This document shows positions 17,514-27,714 of a DNA stretch of 64,000 bases, in pieces (within the stretch, counting starts at the first letter, position 1; every line of letters begins with the position of its first letter). Below the pieces are notes generated by a model. The model had not been told where the DNA came from. It was given only the letters and a program-made list of their open reading frames with translations, and made no database searches. The translations under genes were made by a program, and so were the position numbers. Source of the stretch: a virus; the IMG/VR virus record IMGVR_UViG_3300005805_000045, positions 1 to 64,000 of that record; one strand, 5' to 3'.

Positions 17514-19691
17514 TTACTTACCATTATCTTGGACAACACGAGTAATAAACTTGGAAAGCATGGCACGACTTACCGTCTTTTTGTGCGAGTACTTCATAAA
17601 TTCACGAGCCACTCGGTTCTTGGTCATCTTCGTATCCACATTCAGGCTTGCCGCAGCCGTGTCAGCCAACTTGCGGCTGTTGATGATGTAATATTCGTCG
17701 TACCCAGAGCACTTCGCACCAAAGAAGTGATCTTCTTTCCACGACTTGATCGTCTGGTCGCTATGCAGCACCGTGTCGTCAATCATATAGTTGAGATCAC
17801 GAAGGTTACCAGAATGCAGGTAGAAACCGATCATGTTTGACTGAGTGCGTTCTTTCAGGACTTTGAGTAGAGTAGGCGTTTGGTCACGAGTGGTAACATT
17901 GTAATATGTCTTCTTGGTAACAGTATCACGCCAAACAAAGTTACTTTTCTTGGTTTCCCAAACAGACCTGGAACAAGAAAGGTAATCACCAGCACCGTCA
18001 GTCAGGAAGATGGTGCTCACAACTTGCACCTTGTTATTCTTGCGAAACTGGTTGACAAGATGGTCAGCAGCAAGAATAGTCTCGTTCAACGGAGTGGAGT
18101 TCATGAGATCACAATACAACGCACGGCGAGATGCCATCCACAAACATTCCATAGCACGATTGAAGTCTGCCGTATTCATACGAGACGAAAGGATATTCCG
18201 AAGACGGAAAGACATCAGCAGCATTTTTGTTTCGCTGTTGCTATTGAACCAATCACCACGTTCGGCAGATTGCCATGAAGGATCGGTACCAACCGTATTA
18301 CGAAAGAAATAGACCTCAAACGGAATTTGAACCCGCTTACAGAACATGACCAGACTAAAGAGTTGCTTCAAAGTATTCTGAAGGTTACTGAACATGGAAC
18401 CAGACCAGTCAAGGAACATAACAAAGCCATGATTTTTACCATTGGCTGTGACTGACACTTTGCGGAAGATATCTTCATTGAACTTGTACGAATGAATCTT
18501 ATTCGTGTCGATCACACCAGTCTTGGACACGGACGTCCGAGCATAAGCATCGGCTGCCTTTTTCATCTCAAATTCTTTGACCATGTATGAGATGACCGCG
18601 GTTTCATTGCGTTTCCACTCTTTCAACTGGTTCAAGTAAACGTTGATGGCTTCTTTAGAGAAGGCATAAGAAGACGTAAATACTCCTTTCATCATATCAT
18701 TGAGAACGACCTTGTAATCATCCACAATCTTAGAATGGTCAATCTTAGGAAGATCAACGAAATAATACTGAGTATCGTCCGAAGCAACGATGGACGACAT
18801 GTTTTCCCGAGCAGCCTGTTCGGTCATCACTTCAGGCAGATCCTCATCGGCACCGTCCATGGACTTTGATGCCATAGTTTCAGTATCGCCACCAGCATCA
18901 TTAGGCGACTGGTTGCCTTCAAGTTCGTCTCTCATATCATCCGCATCATCGGTCGACATATCGACTTCCATATCATCCGAGTCGTCGGAAGACATATCGA
19001 TTTCCATGTCCTCATCGGACTCGAAAGGAGTAAACTCTTCTTTGTTGTTTTCTTCCTTCTCTTTTTGCTTTTCTTTCTCGACGGTGATGGCATAACCGTA
19101 GGCATCGCTGGCAATACCAACAACATCATCAAACGTCTCGGCGTTTTCCATGCGCACGATCAATTTGCGTTCTTCGGGCGTAAACTTGATATTGAGGACG
19201 TAACCACCCTTGAAGTAGATGTTAGCACGGTCAATGAAGGTCAATTCGTTCACGTCCTTGCCACGGATCTTGAAAAAGTCCCGTTCATTCAGGAGTTCGG
19301 CGTAGCCCTTCACATAGTTCTTGCGTGAACCAGGATAGCGGCGCTTTTGGCGCTTGTCAATCCGAGCATCCTCGACGACATTAAGGAAGTCCTTGATGAC
19401 CGTTTCGGCTTTGACAGTCTTGGTACCATGGTCAGCCGCAATCTTTTTGATAGCAGCCATCCACGCTTCAAAGTCAGTGTCGAGAGCATGACCGACTTCA
19501 TGCACCACGAGGAGATCATAAAGATCCTCAGAGATGTTCTGCCACACAGGCAGCACCAGCAACCGCTGCTTGATATCAAAGTAGGCGGTTGTCACACTCG
19601 GATTATGCTGCATGGTGATGTTTTCAGTGGCAAGGAGCTTTGCCAGAAGGCTTTTGGTCTCGAAGGTGAAAGCAGGAGCGGTAGCAGTCAT
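17514..19691 (-). CDS. CobT-like HExxH metallopeptidase + vWA protein (AAA partner)
   Basis: HEVGH, NVVEDARI, acidic linker, MIDAS DWSGS, STPL, LTDG; ATG 19691 follows GAGG. Confidence 0.85.
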   Translation of the reverse strand: MTATAPAFTFETKSLLAKLLATENITMQHNPSVTTAYFDIKQRLLVLPVWQNISEDLYDLLVVHEVGHALDTDFEAWMAAIKKIAADHGTKTVKAETVIKDFLNVVEDARIDKRQKRRYPGSRKNYVKGYAELLNERDFFKIRGKDVNELTFIDRANIYFKGGYVLNIKFTPEERKLIVRMENAETFDDVVGIASDAYGYAITVEKEKQKEKEENNKEEFTPFESDEDMEIDMSSDDSDDMEVDMSTDDADDMRDELEGNQSPNDAGGDTETMASKSMDGADEDLPEVMTEQAARENMSSIVASDDTQYYFVDLPKIDHSKIVDDYKVVLNDMMKGVFTSSYAFSKEAINVYLNQLKEWKRNETAVISYMVKEFEMKKAADAYARTSVSKTGVIDTNKIHSYKFNEDIFRKVSVTANGKNHGFVMFLDWSGSMFSNLQNTLKQLFSLVMFCKRVQIPFEVYFFRNTVGTDPSWQSAERGDWFNSNSETKMLLMSFRLRNILSSRMNTADFNRAMECLWMASRRALYCDLMNSTPLNETILAADHLVNQFRKNNKVQVVSTIFLTDGAGDYLSCSRSVWETKKSNFVWRDTVTKKTYYNVTTRDQTPTLLKVLKERTQSNMIGFYLHSGNLRDLNYMIDDTVLHSDQTIKSWKEDHFFGAKCSGYDEYYIINSRKLADTAAASLNVDTKMTKNRVAREFMKYSHKKTVSRAMLSKFITRVVQDNGK

Positions 19692-19786
19692 GTTGACCTC
19701 GTTTGCGATTTGACACAACAATATACGGCTATGGACCCAGTTGCAACACATATCTTTGCATGACTGGTATGCTATTCCTGCATATC

Positions 19787-20779
19787 TCACTTCATTGATT
19801 TTGCTACACTTTTTGGAATGTGCTTCAATTTCATTCCATACTCATTCACTTTGGGTAGTTTAGACAAATCAATATCTGGTTTCAATCGCAATCTATTATC
19901 GGAATCTGTTAGACCTAGATTTCTCCTGATAATAATTTGTTGTGGATTCAAATCACATTCACGTTTTTGAAATACATGATAATCGACATAATGATGCCAA
20001 CGACCATATCTCCAAACAACTCTAGCAACATCAGGATGCATATCGACAAGCATTTGTGACTTGTTGACTGTACCAGTTGCGTTTAGCTGACCATCACGCC
20101 ATTTAGATTTGTCAGTGATACCTTCTTTGTGGTAGAACTCTTCAGTGTTACCACCTTTGACAGTTTGTGTTGCTGCTTTACCTTGTAAGAATGCATTGAA
20201 CTGGATCGTGCAGTCACCGTCTTTCAACACACGAAGGCAAATGTCCGTGTCTTCATTGTAGCGACCACGCCAACGATGTTTGCAATCGTTAGAGATCAAA
20301 AGACAAGAATAGATGCGAGTGTTTGCTACGAAGGGCGGATATGCTTGATTTGGTGCAATAAAGAATCTGTACTGAAAGCCTGAGATAGGAACATTCTCGA
20401 ACCGATCAACAAAGTCTTCGGCTGCTTTGAAGATCACACCAGATTCCACACGAATGCGTTGATTCATGTGTAGACGATAGAAGTCTTGGATATTATCATC
20501 ACAAACCCAATGCTTCTCTGCACCAAGTGAAATAGCATGATCCCACGCATAGTTTCTCGCACGACCTGGTCCATCTCCATGATTAGAGAATGGTGCTACG
20601 ATCAATATCACGTAGTCTTTTGTTCCATGTGTGTTGAGCGATTGCTTGTATGCTTCTTCGTCTTGTGGTTCAATGATGATGTAATGAGGTACTTTCATAC
20701 GTGCAAGAGATCGTGACGTGTATGAAGTATCAGCACGACCTTTAGACACAATGTAAACTGGATTCTTGGGATTTGTCAT
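19787..20779 (-). CDS. TAGT/GREB1-like glycosyltransferase (DNA base modification family)
   Basis: VYIVSKGR, ARN, WVCDDNI, RIYSCLLI, WRGRYNEDTDICLRVL, GGNT. Confidence 0.75.
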   Translation of the reverse strand: MTNPKNPVYIVSKGRADTSYTSRSLARMKVPHYIIIEPQDEEAYKQSLNTHGTKDYVILIVAPFSNHGDGPGRARNYAWDHAISLGAEKHWVCDDNIQDFYRLHMNQRIRVESGVIFKAAEDFVDRFENVPISGFQYRFFIAPNQAYPPFVANTRIYSCLLISNDCKHRWRGRYNEDTDICLRVLKDGDCTIQFNAFLQGKAATQTVKGGNTEEFYHKEGITDKSKWRDGQLNATGTVNKSQMLVDMHPDVARVVWRYGRWHHYVDYHVFQKRECDLNPQQIIIRRNLGLTDSDNRLRLKPDIDLSKLPKVNEYGMKLKHIPKSVAKSMK

Positions 20780-21117
20780 TCTTCAAACCACCGCTTCAAT
20801 GAGTTTTCATCTTTATCTAGGTGTGGGTACCACATGCTCTTGGTCTTGTCAGAGATAACTTGTTCTGCATCTAAGGATTTATACTTAGCGACAAACTCTT
20901 TGAAATCTGCTTCATTGCGAAAATGAAGATAGATTGTTTTATATGTCTTCTTTTCTTTCTGATCGAACTCTGGCATGTCAACCCAATACTTATCACGATC
21001 ACTTTGTTCGATAGCATCATCAAACAGTTTGCTTTCTTCTGGCAATTCTGCTTTTTGATTTAGGAAGTTGTCATATTCTGCTGTCTCTTGAACAGGTGTC
21101 TTTGCTACCTTTGCCAT
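20776..21117 (-). CDS. Hypothetical protein coupled to the TAGT-like gene
   Basis: WVDMPEF, HFRNEADF, KTKSMWYP; ATGA overlap. Confidence 0.65.
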   Translation of the reverse strand: MAKVAKTPVQETAEYDNFLNQKAELPEESKLFDDAIEQSDRDKYWVDMPEFDQKEKKTYKTIYLHFRNEADFKEFVAKYKSLDAEQVISDKTKSMWYPHLDKDENSLKRWFEE

Positions 21118-21125
21118 TTATTCCC

Positions 21126-22841
21126 TCATACCGTAAGGACGCTAAAGTTCTTTGTCTTCTTAAATCTATACACTTTTTTGAATTTGTCAACCAGCATATC
21201 TTGCTTGTGACTAATCACGAACACATTGGTATCTCCTGCTAGATTCCACATGATCTTGAGGAACTCATCTGTACCATTAGCGTCGAGTGATCCATCAAAG
21301 ATTTCGTCGAACAGCAATAGATTGGTATTGATGGAGTTACGCATCTTGGCAATAGTTCTCCATGTGAACAGAATAGCCAAGTCGATACGTGTCTTTTCAC
21401 CCTCAGAGAAATTCTGGTAGGAGAACTCATCACGATACCGAGACTTGATTGTCTCGTTGAAATTCTCGTCGATGTTGAAGTTGACGAAGAATCCCATTTG
21501 CTGAAGATACTTATTGATCAGCTTGTTGATGATAGGTAGATATTGCTTGATGATTTTAGTCTTGATACCACCATCTTTGAGTAACTGAATAGCCGTTTCG
21601 ATCAAAGTCTTTTGGTCAATCAACTCTTGCCGTTCTTTCTCGATATGTGTAATGTCACTCTTGACGTTCTGAAGTTCTTGTTCGTTGTCCAGTGTTAGCT
21701 TGTCAGCAACCTTGAGTTCGTCGATTGTGTCCTTGATAGAACGCATTTGTGATTCCATAGTCTTGAGTTGCGAAGACTTGGTAGCTTTCTGTAATCCAAG
21801 ATTATGTAAATCAGTCATCAGCTTCTCGAGGTCATCAATCTCGGCTGTTACGCCATCAATCTTAGTTGTGATTTCTTCAATAGCTTTGTTGTATTCGTTG
21901 CGTTTCTTGGTAAGTTCAGACAATTCATTCTTGATGAATGAACCTTCTAATGCTTGCTTACAAGTTGGACAGCTATCGTTATCATGATAGAAATTGATGT
22001 TCTTATCACATCGATCAGAGTTAGTTACCATCTTGGCTTTGAGCTTGATCATTTGGTTAAACTTGTTACGCAACTGAGTTATTGGCTCAGTCTTTTTCAC
22101 TAATTCTTCCTCTGAAAGTGTAAAGTTACAGATTACACTTTCAAGCTCATTTTTGTTTTGTGATAGTTCAGTATACTGTTTTTCTAGGTGCAAAATTCTT
22201 TCATCATTATTCTGCTTTAGACTCTTGATCGTCTTTTCAATAAACTGCATCTTCTCAGTCTTACCAAGACCCTCGATACGATTCTTCTCGATGGATTCTT
22301 TGTTCTGAATAAATCTCTGCTTGGCAATCGTATTCATCACCGAGAAGATTTGGATGTCTAGCAAGTCTTCAATGATCACACGCCGATCAGCAGGTGTTAG
22401 CTGCATGAATGGCTTGAATGATGCTGAACCAAGGATAACAATCTGAGTGAACGACTTGAATGTCATCTTGAGAATAAATTTTTCCAGATGTTCTTGATAG
22501 TCTTTAGTTGCTGAGTCCTGATTTAGACAAGTGCCATCGCACCAGATTTCAAACACATTAGGCTTGATACCACGGATGACTTTGTAATGTTTACCACTTG
22601 TTGTAAACTCTACCTCAACAACAAGTGCTTTCTGATTGACCGAGTTGACAAGATTTCCTTTGTTTATATTTCTAAATGCTTTTCCGAAAAGACCGAAACA
22701 AAGAGCGTCCAGAATCGTTGATTTTCCTGCACCATTTTCACCAATTATCAAAGCATTAGGTGTGTTATTCAAAGACACCTCGGTAAAGGCATTACCTGTT
22801 GACAGTAGATTTTTCCATTTTATTTTGTTAAATACAATCAT
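21126..22841 (-). CDS. gp46: Recombination ATPase gp46 (Rad50/SbcC)
   Basis: GENGAGKS, CPTC hook, FSEGEK, LFDEIFD, VISH. Confidence 0.97.
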   Translation of the reverse strand: MIVFNKIKWKNLLSTGNAFTEVSLNNTPNALIIGENGAGKSTILDALCFGLFGKAFRNINKGNLVNSVNQKALVVEVEFTTSGKHYKVIRGIKPNVFEIWCDGTCLNQDSATKDYQEHLEKFILKMTFKSFTQIVILGSASFKPFMQLTPADRRVIIEDLLDIQIFSVMNTIAKQRFIQNKESIEKNRIEGLGKTEKMQFIEKTIKSLKQNNDERILHLEKQYTELSQNKNELESVICNFTLSEEELVKKTEPITQLRNKFNQMIKLKAKMVTNSDRCDKNINFYHDNDSCPTCKQALEGSFIKNELSELTKKRNEYNKAIEEITTKIDGVTAEIDDLEKLMTDLHNLGLQKATKSSQLKTMESQMRSIKDTIDELKVADKLTLDNEQELQNVKSDITHIEKERQELIDQKTLIETAIQLLKDGGIKTKIIKQYLPIINKLINKYLQQMGFFVNFNIDENFNETIKSRYRDEFSYQNFSEGEKTRIDLAILFTWRTIAKMRNSINTNLLLFDEIFDGSLDANGTDEFLKIMWNLAGDTNVFVISHKQDMLVDKFKKVYRFKKTKNFSVLTV

Positions 22842-22897
22842 TTTTCACCATTTTGCATCTAAATATCAACAAGCCACAGCTAGTAGAGGAAGAGTGA

Positions 22898-23596
22898 ATG
22901 TACATTATATATCTTTTGACCAACACTGTCAATCAAAAAGTATACGTTGGTGTAACTAACAACTACAAAAAACGAATGAGAGAACACAGTTATGCAAAAA
23001 ATGACTATGTTATATCAAGAGCGATAAGAAAACATGGATGGAATAATTTCACAACATCTGTATTGTTGGAAACTGAAAACAAAGATTATGCCTATAAGCA
23101 AGCTGAAGCCATTTTCATTGCAAAGTTTTCATCAAATGATCCAAACAAAGGATATAACTCGACAATCGGAGGAGAAGGATCACCTGGTTTTAGATTTTCG
23201 GACGAAACAAAAGAGATCATGAGAACAAAAAAACAAGGCAAAAAACTATCTACAGAACATCGCATGAAAATTTCCGAAAATAATAAAGGAAGAATATTTT
23301 CAACAGAAACACGCAAAAAAATATCTGAGGCATTACGCGGCAACAAGAACTTTCAAGGTAAGTGTGTCTCAAACGAACATAGAAGAAAACTTTCTGAAGC
23401 TAATTCAAAAACTTGGACTTTCATTGATCCTAATGGAGAACTCGTTAGTATTCTCAATTTGAGAGAGTTCTGCTTAAAAAATTCTCTTCATCCATCAGCA
23501 ATGTCTCGTGTTGCACACGGAAAACAAACAACACATAAAGGTTGGAAAGCGGTTAGACATGTTCGATTGTCAATGCTTCCTGGTATATATCCTTGA
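22898..23596 (+). mobile_element. GIY-YIG/NUMOD3 homing endonuclease, antisense between gp47 and gp46
   Basis: IIY...VYVG...RMREH...E...GYNSTIGGEG; TCTAAATA late-type promoter at 22858-22865. Confidence 0.9.
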
Positions 23597-24626
23597 GGTA
23601 AGATTTCATCTTATCATTAGGCACAGGCAAAGTCAAGTTGTCAATGTACTTATCGAGGATTGTTTGTGTGTCTTCTGCTTCGTTGATTTCTTCATCACCA
23701 TTTTCAGCAAATGCCGAAACATCTTCCACAATCGAAATATCCACTGGACCTTCTTTGTATAGTTTGTCAACTAGCATGTCTAACGCATATGGATTAGTTT
23801 TGTTGGCACACACGATCTTCACATAGCAGTCTTTGTATTCTTTGTAGCTTGTCTTGTTGATTGTTTCCAAAATCTCTTTGTCTTTTACATCATCATATGA
23901 TATGAGCTTGAAAACTGAATATGGATTTCTATAGAACTTGAACTCACGAGTTTCGGTATCAAAGATATGAAAACCTCGAGGATCATTATAGTCTGACCAA
24001 GTGTATTCAGCAAATGCACCAAGATAGTGAATGTTGCCAGCAGATGACTTATGATGATAATGACCAGAGAATACAAGATCAAACTTGTTGTAGTAGGACT
24101 TATCTACACCGTGATCCGATACAGCACCACGAAACATCTCGAATCCAGTGATCTCGAGGTGCCCCATTACGATTTCTGCTTTTGTTTCCTTGATGTTGAT
24201 TTCAGTCTCTTTTTCATTTGACTGATTGATCCAAGGTAGCAATAGAATAGGAAGACCATCAACTTCAATCGTTGTTGGCTTGTTATAAGTTCGGATGTAT
24301 GAATAACGACCGTCCACGATCTCATCGAGAGAGTTGATGAAAAAGGTATCTTTGTAATAATGATCGTGATTGCCAGCAATGATATGGGTTTCTATACCAA
24401 GGTTCTCAAGTGGCTGGAGAAAAGTCTCACGACACACATTGGCTGTAAGAAAGCTGAGGTACTTTCTTCTATCATACAGATCACCGAGATGAATCACATG
24501 CTTGATATTCTCGGACTTGACAACACTTAAAAAGTGTTCCATGCACCTAGCGAAGTATGCATGGAACACAGGACTGTCATTACGAGCACCATAGTGAGTG
24601 TCGCAGATTAGGGCAATCTTTGCCAT
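23553..24626 (-). CDS. gp47: Recombination nuclease gp47 (Mre11/SbcD)
   Basis: DTHYG, GDLYD, GNHD, GHLE, SGHYH. Confidence 0.96.
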   Translation of the reverse strand: MAKIALICDTHYGARNDSPVFHAYFARCMEHFLSVVKSENIKHVIHLGDLYDRRKYLSFLTANVCRETFLQPLENLGIETHIIAGNHDHYYKDTFFINSLDEIVDGRYSYIRTYNKPTTIEVDGLPILLLPWINQSNEKETEINIKETKAEIVMGHLEITGFEMFRGAVSDHGVDKSYYNKFDLVFSGHYHHKSSAGNIHYLGAFAEYTWSDYNDPRGFHIFDTETREFKFYRNPYSVFKLISYDDVKDKEILETINKTSYKEYKDCYVKIVCANKTNPYALDMLVDKLYKEGPVDISIVEDVSAFAENGDEEINEAEDTQTILDKYIDNLTLPVPNDKMKSYLKDIYQEALTIEHV

Positions 24627-24820
24627 TATGCTTTCTTCCGCTTTGCTCTTGATGCATCGGAAGCAAGGACTTCATTGTCATACTTCCTAATGGCAGTATC
24701 AATAGCACCACGGATGTCGTTCAACCGAAAACGATAATTGCCACGCAGATGAATGTTCTCTTTCTTATTGAGAAGAGAGTCAATCAATTGCTGAATTTGG
24801 TATGGAATATTGTGGTCCAT
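24626..24820 (-). CDS. Hypothetical protein
   Basis: GAGG SD, TAATG coupling to gp47. Confidence 0.7.
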   Translation of the reverse strand: MDHNIPYQIQQLIDSLLNKKENIHLRGNYRFRLNDIRGAIDTAIRKYDNEVLASDASRAKRKKA

Positions 24821-24850
24821 GGCTTCCTCTGGTTGCTAACTAAAGGATAC

Positions 24851-24878
24851 ATAATACACTATTGTATATGATTGTCAA
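24851..24878 (-). promoter_or_regulatory. sigma70-type promoter for gp47/gp46 operon
   Basis: TTGACA-N16-TATTAT. Confidence 0.6.
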
Positions 24879-24881
24879 GTG

Positions 24882-25430
24882 TTATTCGAAGAAATTTTGA
24901 AGACCTTGTTTCATAGTCTTCCGCTTCTCTTTCTTCTCTTCTTCCTTCTTCTCAAACTTGGTCATGAACTCGTTGATGTTATCGTATAGTTTTGAGGGAA
25001 GAATGTGCTTATCGTCACTGTCTGTAAGGTGCTCAATATCATTGACAGTCATCATCTCTTGGAAACTCTTGTAGATGGTATATCTGTTCTTTTCTTCCTT
25101 TGATATACGTCGAAGAAAGGCATAATAGATCACCTGTGTGAAATAAGCAAATGGATTTTGACCAATCTCTGGATTGTAGTCTTTGAAGTATAGGATGCAG
25201 TTTTCAATACCATCCGAGATCATCTCATCACGATAGGAATAATTCATGAAGCATGGTTTGGTAGATAGCTTAGTTGCAATCTTCCAGATGCATTCACCGA
25301 TGTAGTTAGGAATACGAGGCTCTTCTTTGCCTGCTTCTCGGGCTTCAAGCAATGCTTTGCGATAGGCTACGATCTCTTGATAGAACTTTTGGTTGTCTAC
25401 ATAGTGGATGCGTTTTTTTGGAGTCTTCAT
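24882..25430 (-). CDS. gp55: Late sigma factor gp55
   Basis: HYVDN, YIGECI, YSYRDEMISDGIENC, NPFAYFTQVIYYAFLRRI; ATG 25430. Confidence 0.96.
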   Translation of the reverse strand: MKTPKKRIHYVDNQKFYQEIVAYRKALLEAREAGKEEPRIPNYIGECIWKIATKLSTKPCFMNYSYRDEMISDGIENCILYFKDYNPEIGQNPFAYFTQVIYYAFLRRISKEEKNRYTIYKSFQEMMTVNDIEHLTDSDDKHILPSKLYDNINEFMTKFEKKEEEKKEKRKTMKQGLQNFFE

Positions 25431-25441
25431 GCATTTTCCTC

Positions 25442-25469
25442 TTGACAAACTTGACAACCCGTATATAAT
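25442..25469 (+). promoter_or_regulatory. Antisense sigma70-type promoter divergent from gp55
   Basis: TTGACA-N16-TATAAT with a second TTGACA in the spacer. Confidence 0.6.
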
Positions 25470-25497
25470 GGGTATGTCCCTGTTTCAATGAATAGTA

Positions 25498-25776
25498 TTA
25501 GACATTAGTTATCTGCTTTAGCTTCTTGATCTGCTTCTCAATCATCTCTGCTCGATTAGGCCACTTGATCATTGGCTTATCTGGATCTTTAGCTAAGTTC
25601 TCTAACAGAGGCATGAATATCTTATTGACTGCTTGAAGTCTCATCTTGAGATCATTCACTTGATCAGATAGAGATGAAAACTCTTGATTAGTTGTTACGA
25701 TATCATCTTCATTAGCAAATGTAAATCCAAAATCATATGAATCATCGGTATCAATGTAGTTGTTCTTGATTGCCAT
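25498..25776 (-). CDS. Hypothetical protein
   Basis: DFGFTF...PLLENLAKDPDKPMIKWPNR. Confidence 0.7.
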   Translation of the reverse strand: MAIKNNYIDTDDSYDFGFTFANEDDIVTTNQEFSSLSDQVNDLKMRLQAVNKIFMPLLENLAKDPDKPMIKWPNRAEMIEKQIKKLKQITNV

Positions 25777-26247
25777 CAGTGAAGTTTCCTCTTATCTGTC
25801 TTCTTCATTGTATCAAGTAACTCTCTAATTGTTTCCACATCATCACTTGACACTTCCATATCATAGTCTTCTAGATCGTAATTGTCAAGATTATCTGCCT
25901 GAACTGATCTACTTTTTCCAGAGAAATCAAACGATAGACTTTTTTTCCAACTTGGCTAGTGATTCCCAATAACTTGCTTCCATTTGAATAGAAGGATTCG
26001 ACATAGTGATCACATCGCTTGGTTTGATTGTGATTTCCTGTGATTCAACAACTTCAGGAAATACCCATTGAACTAGACCGATTGAGATCACATCTGGCTT
26101 TTCACCGAACGCATACACGATCTTGAGTGGGTTCAGTAGTATATAGTTGGGTTCATTTTCACTCTTCAGGACCTCTGTGATCAAGTCTTCGCCAGTGACA
26201 AGACGAATGAACTTCACTTCATTATTACTTTCTACGACCTGATTCAT
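25776..26247 (-). CDS. Conserved uvsW-downstream (Sm-like) protein, frameshifted at an A7 run
   Basis: KFIRLVTGEDLI N-terminus; removing one A at 25940-25946 extends it to ...KTDKRKLH* with TGATG overlap at 25776. Confidence 0.7.
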
Positions 26248-26250
26248 GAT

Positions 26251-27714
26251 CTAGATTCCTTTGAGTTCTATTTTATAGAGTTTGAATTGAAACTTTTCTT
26301 CACTGTAGATTTTGATGCGTTCTTGGAAATGCTTGAGAGTGTAGTTCTCGTGCTTCTTGTGTCTCATGTCATCCGCAATATCATAGAGTGTCGCTGATGA
26401 TTTGGTATCTGACTTACGTAGGCTTCGACCTATCGATTGAAGATTCCTAATACGAGATTTAGAAGGGCTGGCAAAAATGACATTGTGTAGATTGCGAATA
26501 TTGACACCAGTGGAAAAAGTGCCGTAACTAGCAACAATGATAGCGTCTCGTTCTGACTCAACGATTGCTCTTGTTTCTTCTCTGATTTCCACATCAGTTT
26601 TGCCATAAATGAAGAAAACTTTTCTTTCATCAGCCTTTTCTTTTATCAGTTGTTCTAGTATTTTTCCATGCTTATCGACATACTGATAAAGAACAAGAGT
26701 GTTTCCTTCGAGAGACAATGCTAGATTCCGAATAAACTTGTTCCTAGTCTCATTCAATACAAGATATTCAATTTCTTGTTGATATGTAAAGTTTCTTGCA
26801 GCCTGACATACACTATCAGAGTGTTTTAGCAACAGACACTTGATGCGAAAATCAGCAACATGTTTTTGATCCATAAGCTCTTTAGTCGTGATGACTTTCT
26901 TGACAGGACCAAAGAGTCCTTCAAGAACCAACTTATGTGTCTTTGTGCCGTCAAGTGTACCTGTAGTACCAACTCGATATTTAGCATTAACCAGATTGGT
27001 CATGATATGTGTGAGTGACTTTGCTTTGAACTGATGAGCTTCGTCGCCAATCACTGCTTGGTATTGTTTGAAATACGCTGCTGGTAGTGTGTGTAGACTT
27101 TGCCAAGTTGAGATAACCACTGGCTTATCAGTCTGTTTGTCTTGTCCAGCAAATATACGATGGACATAGCGATCAGAATCATAGCCGTAATCAGCAAAAT
27201 CAGTGAAAAGCTGAGAAACCAGTCCTGTTGTGGGAACGATGATAAGAATTTTTGAATTGTGTTTTTCTAAAAACCATCTTATCATCAAATAGATAATAAG
27301 CGATTTACCCGATGCAGTAGGACTAAGAAGTAAGCACTTATGTTTGCGAATAGCATGAATGAACGAATCAATCTGATAATCTCTTGGTTCATATTTGAGA
27401 TTGATTTCTTTAGCAAAGTCTTTAGCTTCTTGAATTGAAATCTCTTCATCATGATCTTCTTCATATGTAAAATTGTAGTTCCTATCAATGCAAAACTTTT
27501 CAATATATTGAATAAGACCACGATATATTTGTCTAGTTTGTACGTTGAATAAGTAAATTTTTCCGTCCCAAATTCTGGCTCTAAACTGAGGTGAAAATTG
27601 AGCGCCTGGAACCATAAACGAAAACGCATCTCTAAGTTCATAGGCAATACCATCAGAACAATCTATAATCACATAAGATTCGTTTTTGTTTCTAACAATA
27701 ACAGTATCTGTCAC
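26251..27714 (-). CDS. uvsW: SF2 helicase UvsW, GTG start
   Basis: [30 protein letters not shown]. Confidence 0.97.
   Translation of the reverse strand: MTDTVIVRNKNESYVIIDCSDGIAYELRDAFSFMVPGAQFSPQFRARIWDGKIYLFNVQTRQIYRGLIQYIEKFCIDRNYNFTYEEDHDEEISIQEAKDFAKEINLKYEPRDYQIDSFIHAIRKHKCLLLSPTASGKSLIIYLMIRWFLEKHNSKILIIVPTTGLVSQLFTDFADYGYDSDRYVHRIFAGQDKQTDKPVVISTWQSLHTLPAAYFKQYQAVIGDEAHQFKAKSLTHIMTNLVNAKYRVGTTGTLDGTKTHKLVLEGLFGPVKKVITTKELMDQKHVADFRIKCLLLKHSDSVCQAARNFTYQQEIEYLVLNETRNKFIRNLALSLEGNTLVLYQYVDKHGKILEQLIKEKADERKVFFIYGKTDVEIREETRAIVESERDAIIVASYGTFSTGVNIRNLHNVIFASPSKSRIRNLQSIGRSLRKSDTKSSATLYDIADDMRHKKHENYTLKHFQERIKIYSEEKFQFKLYKIELKGI

Noticed and set aside
16247-19691. cobS/cobT as cobalamin auxiliary genes
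   Set aside because: No cobN or other cob genes in the window; a generic MoxR/vWA pair common in T4-like phages
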